A stretch of 33,161 nt of DNA, from the NCBI RefSeq assembly GCF_001194135.2, contig NC_068997.1, positions 53,338,477-53,371,637 on the forward strand. Direction: 5' to 3'. This stretch comes from Octopus bimaculoides. Its lineage: Eukaryota. A model generated the notes under the pieces. That model was not told where the DNA came from and ran no database searches. It worked only from the letters and a program-made list of their open reading frames with translations. A program made the position numbers and the translations under genes. Numbering within the stretch: the first letter of the stretch is position 1; each line of letters starts with the position of its first letter. Below are positions 10,908-21,980 of this stretch, piece after piece.

Positions 10908-11188
10908 GACTATATGATAAGTAGGTTGCTTGCTGATCACATGGTTCCAGGTTCAGTCCCACTGCGTGGAACCTTGGTCGAGTGTCTTCTACTATAGCCT
11001 CGAGCAAACCAAACACTTGTGTGAGTATTTACTGGAAGGAAACTGAAAGAAGCCCGTGGTGTATATATACATAAGTAAGTGTATGCGGGTGTATCCGTGT
11101 TTGTATCTTCCACGACTTGACAACCGGCGTTGGTGTGTTTAAGTCCCCCGTGATTTAAGCGGTTCGGCAAAAGTACGGGGATAGAATA
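10908..11188 (+). mobile_element. SINE family B, 3'-truncated
   Basis: CACATGGTTCCAGGTTCAGTCCCACTGCGTGGAACCTTGGTCGAGTGTCTTCTACTATAGCCTCG...GGAAACTGAAAGAAGCCCGT...GCGGTTCGGCAAAAG. Confidence 0.9.
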
Positions 11189-11654
11189 TACACACTCACA
11201 CATGCATGCATACAATCGTACATGCATTCATGACATGTTTCTGGTAGCCATGTACTCATAAAAGAAATCTTTGGTCACGTGATGCCTTCGTCAGCACAAC
11301 TACAGGCATTCACACAGACACGCACACACACACATGTATTTACGCACGCACATACATCGCACGCGCACGCACGCATTCCCACACAAGCGCGCACACGCAC
11401 AAATGTGTATGGAAAGCCAGAAACAGCAATCCAGGTAAAATAACGACCGTTTTAAGGAGATACTGACAGTCAGTCATGCAGACAGACAGAAGCATGGCTT
11501 GGTTAATCGTAACATTAACAGGTATTCAGAACGACAGATTTATACATACACACATACACACACACATTAGCACACGTACATGTACACACACATACACACA
11601 CTCATTCACGCTGAAGAACACAGAGAGAGAAATAGATACATAAATATACGTGCG

Positions 11655-11722
11655 TTTGTCTATCTATCTCTCTATCTGTCTGTCTGTCTGCCTCTATCTA
11701 TCTATCGATCGATCTGTCTGTT

Positions 11723-11764
<42 letters not shown>

Positions 11765-11816
11765 CCTGTCCGTCTGTCCGTCCGTCTGTCTATTTAGCAA
11801 TCACTTTATCTCTCTG

Positions 11817-11849
<33 letters not shown>

Positions 11850-11853
11850 ACAC
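11655..11853. repeat. (TCTG)n/(TCTA)n tetranucleotide microsatellites
   Basis: Direct tandem repeats running into an N-gap. Confidence 0.95.
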
Positions 11854-12726
11854 NNNNNNNNNNNNNNNNNNNNNNNNNNNNNNNNNNNNNNNNNNNNNNN
11901 NNNNNNNNNNNNNNNNNNNNNNNNNNNNNNNNNNNNNNNNNNNNNNNNNNNNNNNNNNNNNNNNNNNNNNNNNNNNNNNNNNNNNNNNNNNNNNNNNNNN
12001 NNNNNNNNNNNNNNNNNNNNNNNNNNNNNNNNNNNNNNNNNNNNNNNNNNNNNNNNNNNNNNNNNNNNNNNNNNNNNNNNNNNNNNNNNNNNNNNNNNNN
12101 NNNNNNNNNNNNNNNNNNNNNNNNNNNNNNNNNNNNNNNNNNNNNNNNNNNNNNNNNNNNNNNNNNNNNNNNNNNNNNNNNNNNNNNNNNNNNNNNNNNN
12201 NNNNNNNNNNNNNNNNNNNNNNNNNNNNNNNNNNNNNNNNNNNNNNNNNNNNNNNNNNNNNNNNNNNNNNNNNNNNNNNNNNNNNNNNNNNNNNNNNNNN
12301 NNNNNNNNNNNNNNNNNNNNNNNNNNNNNNNNNNNNNNNNNNNNNNNNNNNNNNNNNNNNNNNNNNNNNNNNNNNNNNNNNNNNNNNNNNNNNNNNNNNN
12401 NNNNNNNNNNNNNNNNNNNNNNNNNNNNNNNNNNNNNNNNNNNNNNNNNNNNNNNNNNNNNNNNNNNNNNNNNNNNNNNNNNNNNNNNNNNNNNNNNNNN
12501 NNNNNNNNNNNNNNNNNNNNNNNNNNNNNNNNNNNNNNNNCCCCCCGATTGAAATAAAATAAAGAAACAAAAACACAAGCAAAACGTATATAGAGATGTT
12601 AGGCAATTCGACCCCTGTCACACCGATCCTATGTAACAAGGTTGTCTTAGTGCAAAATTGGTTAGGCCGACCGTCGATCTCTTTGTATATGCGCAGTTAT
12701 GTGTGTATGAGTGTGTGTGTGTGTGC

Positions 12727-12764
<38 letters not shown>

Positions 12765-13374
12765 GTGTGTGTATTTGTGTATTTGTGAGTGTGTTTGTGA
12801 ATTTGGCGACAAACAAGATAAAAAGCTATTCGATACATACACGTAGTATACTTTATTCATTTATTCAAAGCACACATTCATACACACACACGTACACATA
12901 CACACATGGATGCATACTCACGTATATATATATATGTGTGTGTGTGTGGGTGTGTATATATATATATATACATATGTATATGTATATATATACGTATGCA
13001 TCAATATTTTTACGCGCACACGTAAAGTATAAGTGCATGTGGTGGCTATATACGTATATATGTATATATAAACATAAGCACACACTCACACACACACACA
13101 TATATATATATGTTTATATTTATATATAAATATATGTGTCCCTTATGTATATATATATATATATATNNNNNNNNNNTATACGTATATATGTATATATAAA
13201 CATAAGCACACACTCACACACACACATATATATATATATGTTTATATTTATATATACATATATGTGTCCCTTATGTATATATATATATATACCTAACAGA
13301 CACACACACTTATCACATTCTATCTATCTATCTATTTATTTATCTATATATATATGTGTGTGTATATATATAAT

Positions 13375-13377
13375 GAA

Positions 13378-13428
<51 letters not shown>

Positions 13429-13475
13429 AAGGGAAAGTGTGAGAGAGAGAAAGGGAGAGTGAGAGAGAAATAGAA
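13375..13475. repeat. (GA)n microsatellite
   Basis: Direct tandem repeat. Confidence 0.95.
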
Positions 13476-13708
13476 AGGAAAATTGAATGGTGTGTAAGAA
13501 TGCATTCACGTATACTATTCATCGTCTCTCTACAGATAAACTTACGTATACATAAAAACGTGTGTGTGTGTATGTTGTATATTTTTGTATATACACCCCG
13601 AGGTCTTCTCGTATCAAGCCGGCCATTGATCAAAGGCGTTCTAGTCTTTTTATCAGGTAAAGAGTATCTAGGATTACATTACCTCTGTGTTTTCATATCT
13701 TATGACGA

Positions 13709-13790
13709 CTGAGTGTGACACGACGGAGATTTCGTTGCTATTTCTTGCATCTCATTTAACCACATAGGGACTTTTTCATTAGTTCTTACA
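13709..13790 (-). mobile_element. Degenerate SINE-like remnant
   Basis: GGAGATTTCGTTGCTATTTCTTGCA...ACCACATAGGGACTTT resembles, from recall, the reverse complement of an octopus SINE segment. The motif CTGAGTGTGACAC recurs at ~28140. Confidence 0.35.
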
Positions 13791-14039
13791 TCTGATCTGT
13801 ATTCATAACACACACGCACCGTATTTCCTCTATCAATCATATCTTGTTATTTCCTCCCCCAGCCGCTATTTTGTGCCCGCTAGATGCTCTCCCCTCTTTT
13901 TATTTTCTTTACTGAAGGTTCAAAGTAATTATTTAGCATTTAATGTAATATCTAGGGCGGATGTTTGATTCTAGGTGAAATATATCTTCCTGTATTGAAT
14001 TTATAAATAGAATATTTTTTCTCCTATCACCTCCGTTAA

Positions 14040-14271
14040 CCCTTCAGCTTTTGAAACTGACTCACCCAGACCATGTATTCTAGCTGTGCTATGTTCAAAC
14101 CAGCCAGATCCAGTTTCTCACACCTACACTACAATGTCTTTCTTGAAAAACAAACGATAAACAATTACATTATCGAAACGTCAAAGCTCCGAGATAACAA
14201 AACATGATTAATTCAAATGAATGTGAATGAATAAGCATTACATATGAAAGAGTATTCTAAATGCTTAAGGG
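14040..14271 (+). mobile_element. piggyBac-like MITE
   Basis: TIRs CCCTTCAGCTTTT and AAATGCTTAAGGG (11/13 complementary), flanked by TTAA (14036-14039) and TTAT (14272-14275). No ORF. A second copy lies at 17186-17394. Confidence 0.8.
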
Positions 14272-14334
14272 TTATCTTTAATCTAAAGCATAGATAGTTA
14301 AAGCTACATAATGCATATAGTGTTGTTTTCCATT

Positions 14335-14384
14335 TAACTGTTGATGGCTGTTTCGGTATATTTCTATCTCATCAGTGCAGCTTA
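14335..14384 (-). ncRNA. Decayed type I minimal hammerhead-ribozyme-like motif (Penelope/retrozyme type)
   Basis: Minus strand TAAGCTGCA-CTGATGA-GATAGAAATATACC-GAAA-CAGCC-ATC-AACAGTTA: intact CUGAUGA and GAAA cores, stem II with a GAAA loop, imperfect stems I and III. Confidence 0.5.
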
Positions 14385-14402
14385 CGGACGATTATATTTT
14401 AA

Positions 14403-14620
14403 TCTTTCATTTGTTTCGGACATTAGACTGCGACCGTGCTGAGCCACCACCTTCAAACACTTTTAGTAGAATGAATCAACTGCATTACTTATTTTTTTAA
14501 AACCTGGTACTAATTTTTATCGATCACTTGCCGAATCGCTAGGTTATAGAGAAGTAAGCTCTCCAACACCAGTAGTCAAGTGAGTGTTGAACAAAAGCAC
14601 ATACACACGTGCACACACAA
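14403..14620 (-). mobile_element. SINE family B, 3' half
   Basis: CATTAGACTGCGACCGTGCTGAGCCACCACCTTCAA...CCTGGTACTAATTTTTATCGATCACTTGCCGAATCGCTAGGTTA matches the reverse complement of the family B tail. Confidence 0.8.
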
Positions 14621-14886
14621 AGCGGTCAACAAAGCGCGAAACGGTCCGTCAGGAGACTCCCATCACCTTTTTCTATCCTCAAGTCAATATTATAGAAAGA
14701 ATGTGTTTACGTTTTTATTAACCTCACTGTAATGCTTCAATTTCCTTCTGTTCCTCTGACTTATGCTGTATTGTACAAATTTATGCATGTACATATGCAT
14801 ATATACATAACACATACACACACACAAACATATATATGTAGGTAGGTATGTATATATGTATGTATGTATGTGCGTATGCATGTATG

Positions 14887-14920
<34 letters not shown>

Positions 14921-15107
14921 NNNNNNNNNNNNNNNNNNNNNNNNNNNNNNNNNNNNNNNNNNNNNNNNNNNNNNNNNNNNNNNNNNNNNNNNNNNNNNNN
15001 NNNNNNNNNNNNNNNNNNNNNNNNNNNNNNNNNNNNNNNNNNNNNNNNNNNNNNNNNNNNNNNNNNNNNNNATATACATAAATACATACTTATATACATA
15101 CATATAC

Positions 15108-15159
<52 letters not shown>

Positions 15160-16677
15160 TCGTCTTTTGTTTGCTTTTGCGATATTTTCAAGATTTTCCT
15201 CAAAATTTGTTTATCCTGAGTATTTGCATATTTTGATAAGCGATATCTTGTTTATGCAAATGTGTTGATGCGTCACAAATCCAAGCGTTACAATAGCGCT
15301 GGAACTGTTACAAAACCGTCATAAATCTGCGTGTCAACGACGCCATGACACCTTTATTAAAAAGCAGTGCAGAACGCAAGATATTCCGATATATACATAC
15401 ATAAACACACACACACAGACGCACATATATGCGTGTGTATGTGTGTGTGTACATATATATATATATATATGTGTGTGTGTATATATAAGTATATATACAT
15501 ATACATATACATGCATATATATATATATATATATATATACATACATTCGTATATACATATATAACATATATATATATACATATACATACATATACATATA
15601 TATATATATATANNNNNNNNNNNNNNNNNNNNNNNNNNNNNNNNNNNNNNNNNNNNNNNNNNNNNNNNNNNNNNNNNNNNNNNNNNNNNNNNNNNNNNNN
15701 NNNNNNNNNNNNNNNNNNNNNNNNNNNNNNNNNNNNNNNNNNNNNNNNNNNNNNNNNNNNNNNNNNNNNNNNNNNNNNNNNNNNNNNNNNNNNNNNNNNN
15801 NNNNNNNNNNNNNNNNNNNNNNNNNNNNNNNNNNNNNNNNNNNNNNNNNNNNNNNNNNNNNNNNNNNNNNNNNNNNNNNNNNNNNNNNNNNNNNNNNNNN
15901 NNNNNNNNNNNNNNNNNNNNNNNNNNNNNNNNNNNNNNNNNNNNNNNNNNNNNNNNNNNNNNNNNNNNNNNNNNNNNNNNNNNNNNNNNNNNNNNNNNNN
16001 NNNNNNNNNNNNNNNNTATATATATATATATATGTGTGTGTGTATATATATGTATATATATGTATGTATGTATGTATGCAAGTGTATATTCTGATATATT
16101 TATGGACCGATGTATTTGTGTTAGTACCCTTTTAAATAGCTTCATGGCATGTACCCGAATCACTCAAATGAGGTGTTTTACTCCTGTTCTTTGGTCATTA
16201 GAGACAACTTGACGTGCAATGCTAACTCTTATTCTATATCAGAGGACGGCGCGTATCGGGTTTGACCATTCTGATTTATTAGCTCCATGTTGGTGTGATT
16301 TCTTGCGCGGACATGTTATAGCCACCTCAACAGATGTTCTGTTATCTATCTTAGAGTAAAAAATAATGTATATGTGTGTTTTTTTAAAATTTGTTTTTGT
16401 TATTGCTCCAACTTGCTTTATAAGCTGAATAAATATACGTCATTTCTTACTACCACATCAAGGAACTAGTGTAATTCGGGATAAATACATATTTCATATG
16501 TATTTATCACTTGAAGTCTCCCCTTCATAGGGGGCACACATACATCTTTGTTTCGGACATTTTTTCCCTTATTTTGAAATCTCTAAATTCATTGAATTTC
16601 TAAGATAATCTTGTCACGTTCTTCGTATATTGGATTCAAATTGTGGCACAAGAGCAGCGATTCTCGCCGAAGTTGCA

Positions 16678-16843
16678 AGTCGATTACATCAACTTTAGTG
16701 CTCAACTGCTACGTATTTTATCGATCCCAAACGGATGAAAAGCAAGGTCAATCCCAACGTCATTTGAATATTTAAATGGAAAGTTGGAAGAAATGCCGCT
16801 AAGCAATTTTTCCGGCGTGATAACGATTCTTTCAGCTCACTGC
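16678..16843 (-). mobile_element. SINE family A, diverged
   Basis: GTCGATTACATC...TTTTATCGATCCCAAACGGATGAAAAGCAAGGTCAA...CGCTAAGCA...TAACGATTCT..CAGCTCAC. Confidence 0.85.
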
Positions 16844-16880
16844 TTTTATATTCTAGTATTATTCCATAGTCTGATTTAAG

Positions 16881-17055
16881 GGGAGCTAACACGTGGTATC
16901 GCTAAAGCACTTCTTCTTGTTCACTGAGTTGTGAGTTCAAATCTGGTCGATGTCTTTCATCCTTTCTGATGTCAGTAAAATGAAGCATGTCTCATGTACT
17001 TGCATCTATAAAGTCCCACATTTCTAAATTACTCCCAAAATCGGAAACAATTATC
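16881..17055 (+). mobile_element. SINE family A, highly diverged
   Basis: GTGAGTTCAAATC...GTCTTTCATCCTTTC...GTCAGTAAAATGAAG; inverted relative to the 16678-16843 copy. Confidence 0.5.
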
Positions 17056-17185
17056 ATCATTTATTAAGGACCTAGTACTGTTTCCCTTAATATGTGTTGT
17101 TGGGGTCCTTGATGACGTCATCCTTCTAACTATCGCTAGCCCTTTGAGGCATAAGTGGGACCCGTTGAACTCGATGCGGTAGATC

Positions 17186-17394
17186 TTTTAGCATTCAGAT
17201 TACTCTATCAAATGTAATGCTTATTTATTCAAATTGTTTTGAATTAATCCCACATTATCTTATAGCTTTAATATTTCAATTGTATGCTTGTATATTTTTA
17301 GAGTAACATTGTAGGGTAGGTGCGAGAGGTTGGATCAGGTCACTTTTAACAGAAGGCAAGTAGAATCTTTGGGCCAAATATGACCGGATTAAAT
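17186..17394 (-). mobile_element. piggyBac-like MITE, second copy with truncated ends
   Basis: TTTAGCATTCAGATTACTCTATCAAATGTAATGCTTATTTATTC...CATTGTAGGGTAGGTGCGAGAGG is the reverse-complement homologue of 14040-14271. Confidence 0.8.
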
Positions 17395-17529
17395 TTCATC
17401 ATTTATGTCCTTAAACATCTTAAACAACATACGATCGAAAAACAAATATTTTTCTTGTGTTTTAGCTAGGTTCTGGCGAAGAACTTGCCAAATGCAACCA
17501 TACTGACAAGCACTTATTAAAACACTCAC

Positions 17530-17608
17530 CAGTTGCTGCTCGCAGACAGAGGAACAGTTCTGATAGCGATAGCATTTCAATAAAACTTTTGCACCCCGTT
17601 CTGCTTTC
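17530..17608 (-). CDS. Candidate coding exon (ESRTGCKSFIEMLSLSELFLCLRAAT)
   Basis: Strong donor CTG|gtgagt; possible acceptor aaatgctaag (alternative at 17675). It competes with a plus-strand reading of the same DNA. Confidence 0.2.
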
Positions 17609-17806
17609 CTTAGCATTTCAACAAAATTTCAGTATCCATCGTTTGAAATTTCTCCAACAATAAGCACCCCCGCCGCTGTTTCAGAACAAAAACATCAAGA
17701 ATATTAACTCGAAAGAGTTTATTTCGGATTTTCACGTCTTTCTGTTTTTTTCTTCTTCTTTTTTTCTTTTCTTCATTTCTGTTTCTTTCTATTCTANNNN
17801 NNNNNN

Positions 17807-17905
17807 GTGAAAGACGTAAAGGGAAAGGATTGTTTTCCGAAACGACAGCGGAAATCAGAAGAACGATATTGGAGGATTCAGAATTTCTATAAAACACCAG
17901 AACAG
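17807..17905 (+). CDS. Candidate coding exon (VKDVKGKDCFPKRQRKSEERYWRIQNFYKTPEQ)
   Basis: Preceded by a long polypyrimidine tract ending ttcta at a 10-N gap; 33 open codons; donor CAG|gtaaaa. Confidence 0.3.
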
Positions 17906-18566
17906 GTAAAATCTCAACATAAATATGATACGATGCCGTCATTATGGACTGAAAAAGTCAAATCATATTTATATTCGTAGTCGCTTACTCACTCAAATAC
18001 AATATCACACAAAAGCTTCGCAGTAATTACGCATTATCATCATTAACATTATCATTATTATTATTATCATCATCATCGTCATAAACATAGTTACCATTAT
18101 GAATCTTAGTTTATTTTGTTATTTCACTTTGAATATAATTTCAAAATTTAAAGTATACAAAGATTTAAAAATTTAAAGTACAACTGACTTGTGGTATAGT
18201 TTCAGGAAGCAATACAAAGAATGCAAATTCTATTATATTTTAGTTTAAATGGAAAAGAGTTATTACTGGAAATACCACGTGACTTTTTTTTTAACAATAC
18301 AAAAGAAATAAATTGTTGGTATTTTGGTTGCAGAGTGAGGGAAAATGCAAATAGATAAGTGTTTACATGATTACATATATTCATAAGCATACGAAAATAT
18401 AACATCTGTATATGAGTGTGTTAGGGTGTGCGTTTGTATAATGCATATACAATAAATATTCGATGTACATAGGTACTATATATATATATATGTGTGTGTG
18501 TGTACATATATATGTTGACATACATAATTACACATTGATATACATCAGACTTTTGCAGGAAGAGTG

Positions 18567-18616
18567 ATGACGGTAACTTCGAAGTTTCGGCCTCTTAGCC
18601 CTTATCAGACAGTCAC
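18567..18616 (-). ncRNA. Decayed type I minimal hammerhead-ribozyme-like motif (Penelope/retrozyme type)
   Basis: Minus strand GTGACTGT-CTGATAA-GGGCTAAGAGGCC-GAAA-CTTCGAAG-TT-ACCGTCAT: stem I (7 of 8 pairs including one G-U), stem II with one mismatch, palindromic stem III, GUU triplet; core has G8 changed to A. Confidence 0.6.
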
Positions 18617-18689
18617 TGTCACCTCTCTTCTTTTAAAAGTATGATAATATATACCCTACAAAATGCCAAAATGCAATGACTAATCCTTC

Positions 18690-18752
18690 AGCTTAATGGC
18701 CGCTCTCCAATGACTGAAGCAAGTAAGAGATAAAAGATAAAAAGAAATATTT
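18690..18752 (+). mobile_element. SINE family B 3' tail fragment
   Basis: ATGGCCGCTCTCCAATGACTGAAGCAAGTAAGAGATAAAAGATAAAAAG matches the tail of the 32341-32737 copy. Confidence 0.7.
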
Positions 18753-18762
18753 ATAGGTATAG

Positions 18763-18797
<35 letters not shown>

Positions 18798-19045
18798 CGT
18801 GTGCCTTCGTGTGTGTGGGCTTGTGTGCGAGTGTGTGTGAGTATGTATATCTTCATGTGCGCGCGCGGGCATGTCTTCATGTGTGTGTGGACGCGCGCGT
18901 CTTCATGTGTGTATGCGTGCGCACGCGTGTGTGTTCATGTGTGTGTGTGCGTGTGTTCATGTGTGTGTATGTGTGTGTGTGTGTGTGTTTGTGTGTGTAT
19001 TCATGCGTGTGTGTATGCTTGTGTTTGCGTATGTGTACGTGTGGA
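18763..19045. repeat. (TG)n microsatellite with CGCG-rich variants
   Basis: Direct dinucleotide repeats, with a sub-repeat GTCTTCATGTGTGT. Confidence 0.9.
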
Positions 19046-19229
19046 TAGATAGAAGGATGAACGGTGAATGGGTGCATCCGTTCGATAGATAAATAAAAGG
19101 GTTGGTAAGATCGAGAAGGAAAGAAACAAGCTCTTGTACACAGGACACGTACGCACCTACGCACACACACACACAGAACACTCTCTCTGTGTCACATACA
19201 CTCTATTTCTCTCTCACACACGCACGCAT

Positions 19230-19515
19230 AAATACAGATAAATAGATAGATACGTAGATAAGTAGACAGGCAAACAGAGAAACAGATAGACAGACTAATA
19301 GATAGATAAATAGATAGATGGATGGATAGATAGATAGATAGATGAATAGACAGATGGATAGATAGATAGGGAGGTAGATAGGGAGATTGCTAGACAAAGA
19401 GACGGGGTCAGAATGACAAATAGAACGAGAAACAAATGAAAGAGAGACAGATAGATATGTAGAGAGTGGGAAAGAGGAAGAAAAATAAAAATAAAAAGAG
19501 AGAGAGAGAATGAGA
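19230..19515. repeat. (GATA)n/(GACA)n/(GA)n microsatellites
   Basis: Direct tandem repeats. Confidence 0.9.
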
Positions 19516-19852
19516 GAGTGTGGTGGGGGTGAAAGAGGGCGGACTACGCACAGAACGTCATGTTCAAAAAGACAATAGAAAACTGTGTGAAGCCAGGTTG
19601 TGAACAGTGGACCAATTAATTTCTCCACCTCCTCTCAATCACTTTCTCCCACTCTCTCTGTCTCTGTGTGTCTCTGTCTCTCTTTCTTCCTCCACTTAAT
19701 TACCATGGTTAACAGGTCTTTTGGTACGTGTCTTTAAAACCACCACCAACAACAACAACACCAACAAAAACAACAAACTATGACTTCGCCGCGGTTCAGG
19801 GCTATTTCAGTGAAGACTCCATTTCCTAACATTTCTGTCTCTCGCACATTTT

Positions 19853-19992
19853 ACTCACCGCCATTTTAGTTTCTTCCCACACGTCATCATTCCTTCGCTC
19901 TCTCTTTCTCTCTCTCTCTTGCCCTTTCTCTCTTTCGTTGTCTCGCTTTTCTTGTCTTACTCTCTCTTTAATTTCTTTCTCTTTTCTTCCGG
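19853..19992 (-). promoter_or_regulatory. Candidate promoter and first exon: Ets site, half-CRE, YY1-type AAAATGGCG start and 5' splice donor
   Basis: Minus strand CCGGAAG (19986-19992), TGACGT (19881-19886), then CTAAAATGGCG|gtgagt (ATG GCG at 19864-19859, donor 19858-19853). Confidence 0.45.
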
Positions 19993-20169
19993 CCCACATC
20001 CATCTACACCCCCCCCTTATTTCTAGGATCCATTTTCACCCTACCTCTCCATATCTAACTACTGCATTCCTAAATCAATCAATCAATCAATAATAGATCA
20101 ATATATATGTTTTTTTTTCTGTATCCCTGAGTTATCTTTATCTTTAACAATTTACTTACAGATACACAT

Positions 20170-20200
<31 letters not shown>

Positions 20201-20737
20201 AACACACACACACACACACACACACATGCGCACACACTATTTGCAAGTACGTACGTAAACACACTAGAGTATAATACACTGCATACGAGAACATATATAA
20301 ATTTGTTCAACACACATACATGGATGTATACAAGTATGTATGCATATGTGTATGTGTATGTGTATATATGTAATGTGTGTGTGTACGCGCGTAGGCATAC
20401 ATATATACATACATAAGTAATGATTTTAAATTTGAGTATACACCATGTAGTATGTCGTTTAAAGTCTATTCTCTGTGAATTCCATTTTTTCTCTTATTTA
20501 AACACACACACGCACACACACGCATACAAATATTTTTGTGCGTGTGCTTATGTGTATGTGCATGTGTGCGTGTTTATGTGTATGTGTATGTGTGTGTGAG
20601 TGTGCGAAGAAAAAAGGGGGCACAATAAACTGTGACCACGTAACCCCTCCAGTAGCCAGAGCAATACGAGGCGGGACATCAACCTCGGGTTACGTAAGTG
20701 AGTGGAATAGAAGCCAGATAAGAGAAACAAAAATAAA

Positions 20738-20937
20738 CCTTTCTACTAATAACGCAAGGCCTGAAATTTTGAGGGGAGGGGACTAGTCGATTACATCGAC
20801 ATCAGTTTTTCACTGGTGCCTAATTTATCGACCCCGAAAGGACGAAAGGCAAAGTCGACCTCGATGGATTTTGAACTCTGAATGTAAAGACAGATGAAAT
20901 GCTGCTAAGTATTACACCCGGCATGCTAACGATTCTG
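20738..20937 (-). mobile_element. SINE family A
   Basis: TAGTCGATTACATCGAC...AATTTATCGACCCCGAAAGGACGAAAGGCAAAGTCGACCTCG...TTTGAACTCTG...GCTAACGATTCTG. Confidence 0.92.
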
Positions 20938-21518
20938 TTTGACATACGAGACGAGAGAAAAACCATTCAGTTTTAATAAATAAGTGACATCTTAACAAAC
21001 GTTTTTATTGGTTTGTTTTCGTCCTAGCAATTTAGAATTTGTATAGAANNNNNNNNNNNNNNNNNNNNNNNNNNNNNNNNNNNNNNNNNNNNNNNNNNNN
21101 NNNNNNNNNNNNNNNNNNNNNNNNNNNNNNNNNNNNNNNNNNNNNNNNNNNNNNNNNNNNNNNNNNNNNNNNNNNNNNNNNNNNNNNNNNNNNNNNNNNN
21201 NNNNNNNNNNNNNNNNNNNNNNNNNNNNNNNNNNNNNNNNNNNNNNNNNNNNNNNNNNNNNNNNNNNNNNNNNNNNNNNNNNNNNNNNNNNNNNNNNNNN
21301 NNNNNNNNNNNNNNNNNNNNNNNNNNNNNNNNNNNNNNNNNNNNNNNNNNNNNNNNNNNNNNNNNNNNNNNNNNNNNNNNNNNNNNNNNNNNNNNNNNNN
21401 NNNNNNNNNNNNNNNNNNNNNNNNNNNNNNNNNNNNNNNNNNNNNNNNNNNNNNNNNNNNNNNNNNNNNNNNNNNNNNNNNNNNNNNNNNNNNNNNNNNN
21501 NNNNNNNNNNNNNNNNNN

Positions 21519-21555
<37 letters not shown>

Positions 21556-21764
21556 CTTTTCTTCGATACTACATGAGTGTATGTAAATATATATGTTATC
21601 TCTTCTGAGTAATAATCTTATATATCGTATATGATGTTTATAAAATAATATGCATAATATGGAAGCTCGGGAATTGTCGGCTGATGCTAATGCACGGAAA
21701 CAATTGTTGTGTATTGGATTGATGCCTGTACGTTCCATCTTTTTGTGTTATAAATTACATGTAT

Positions 21765-21777
21765 GTATATATATAGA

Positions 21778-21865
<88 letters not shown>

Positions 21866-21937
21866 CATGTATATTATATACATGTAAACATGCATATACA
21901 CGTAAGTATATACTCACAAGTATATATATCTTATATT

Positions 21938-21980
<43 letters not shown>
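21765..21980. repeat. (AT)n and (CA)n microsatellites
   Basis: Long perfect AT run followed by a CA run. Confidence 0.95.

Noticed and set aside
21678-21720. Third hammerhead-like string CTGATGC...GGAAACAATTGTT
   Set aside because: The core is altered, and no stem I or stem II can be drawn.
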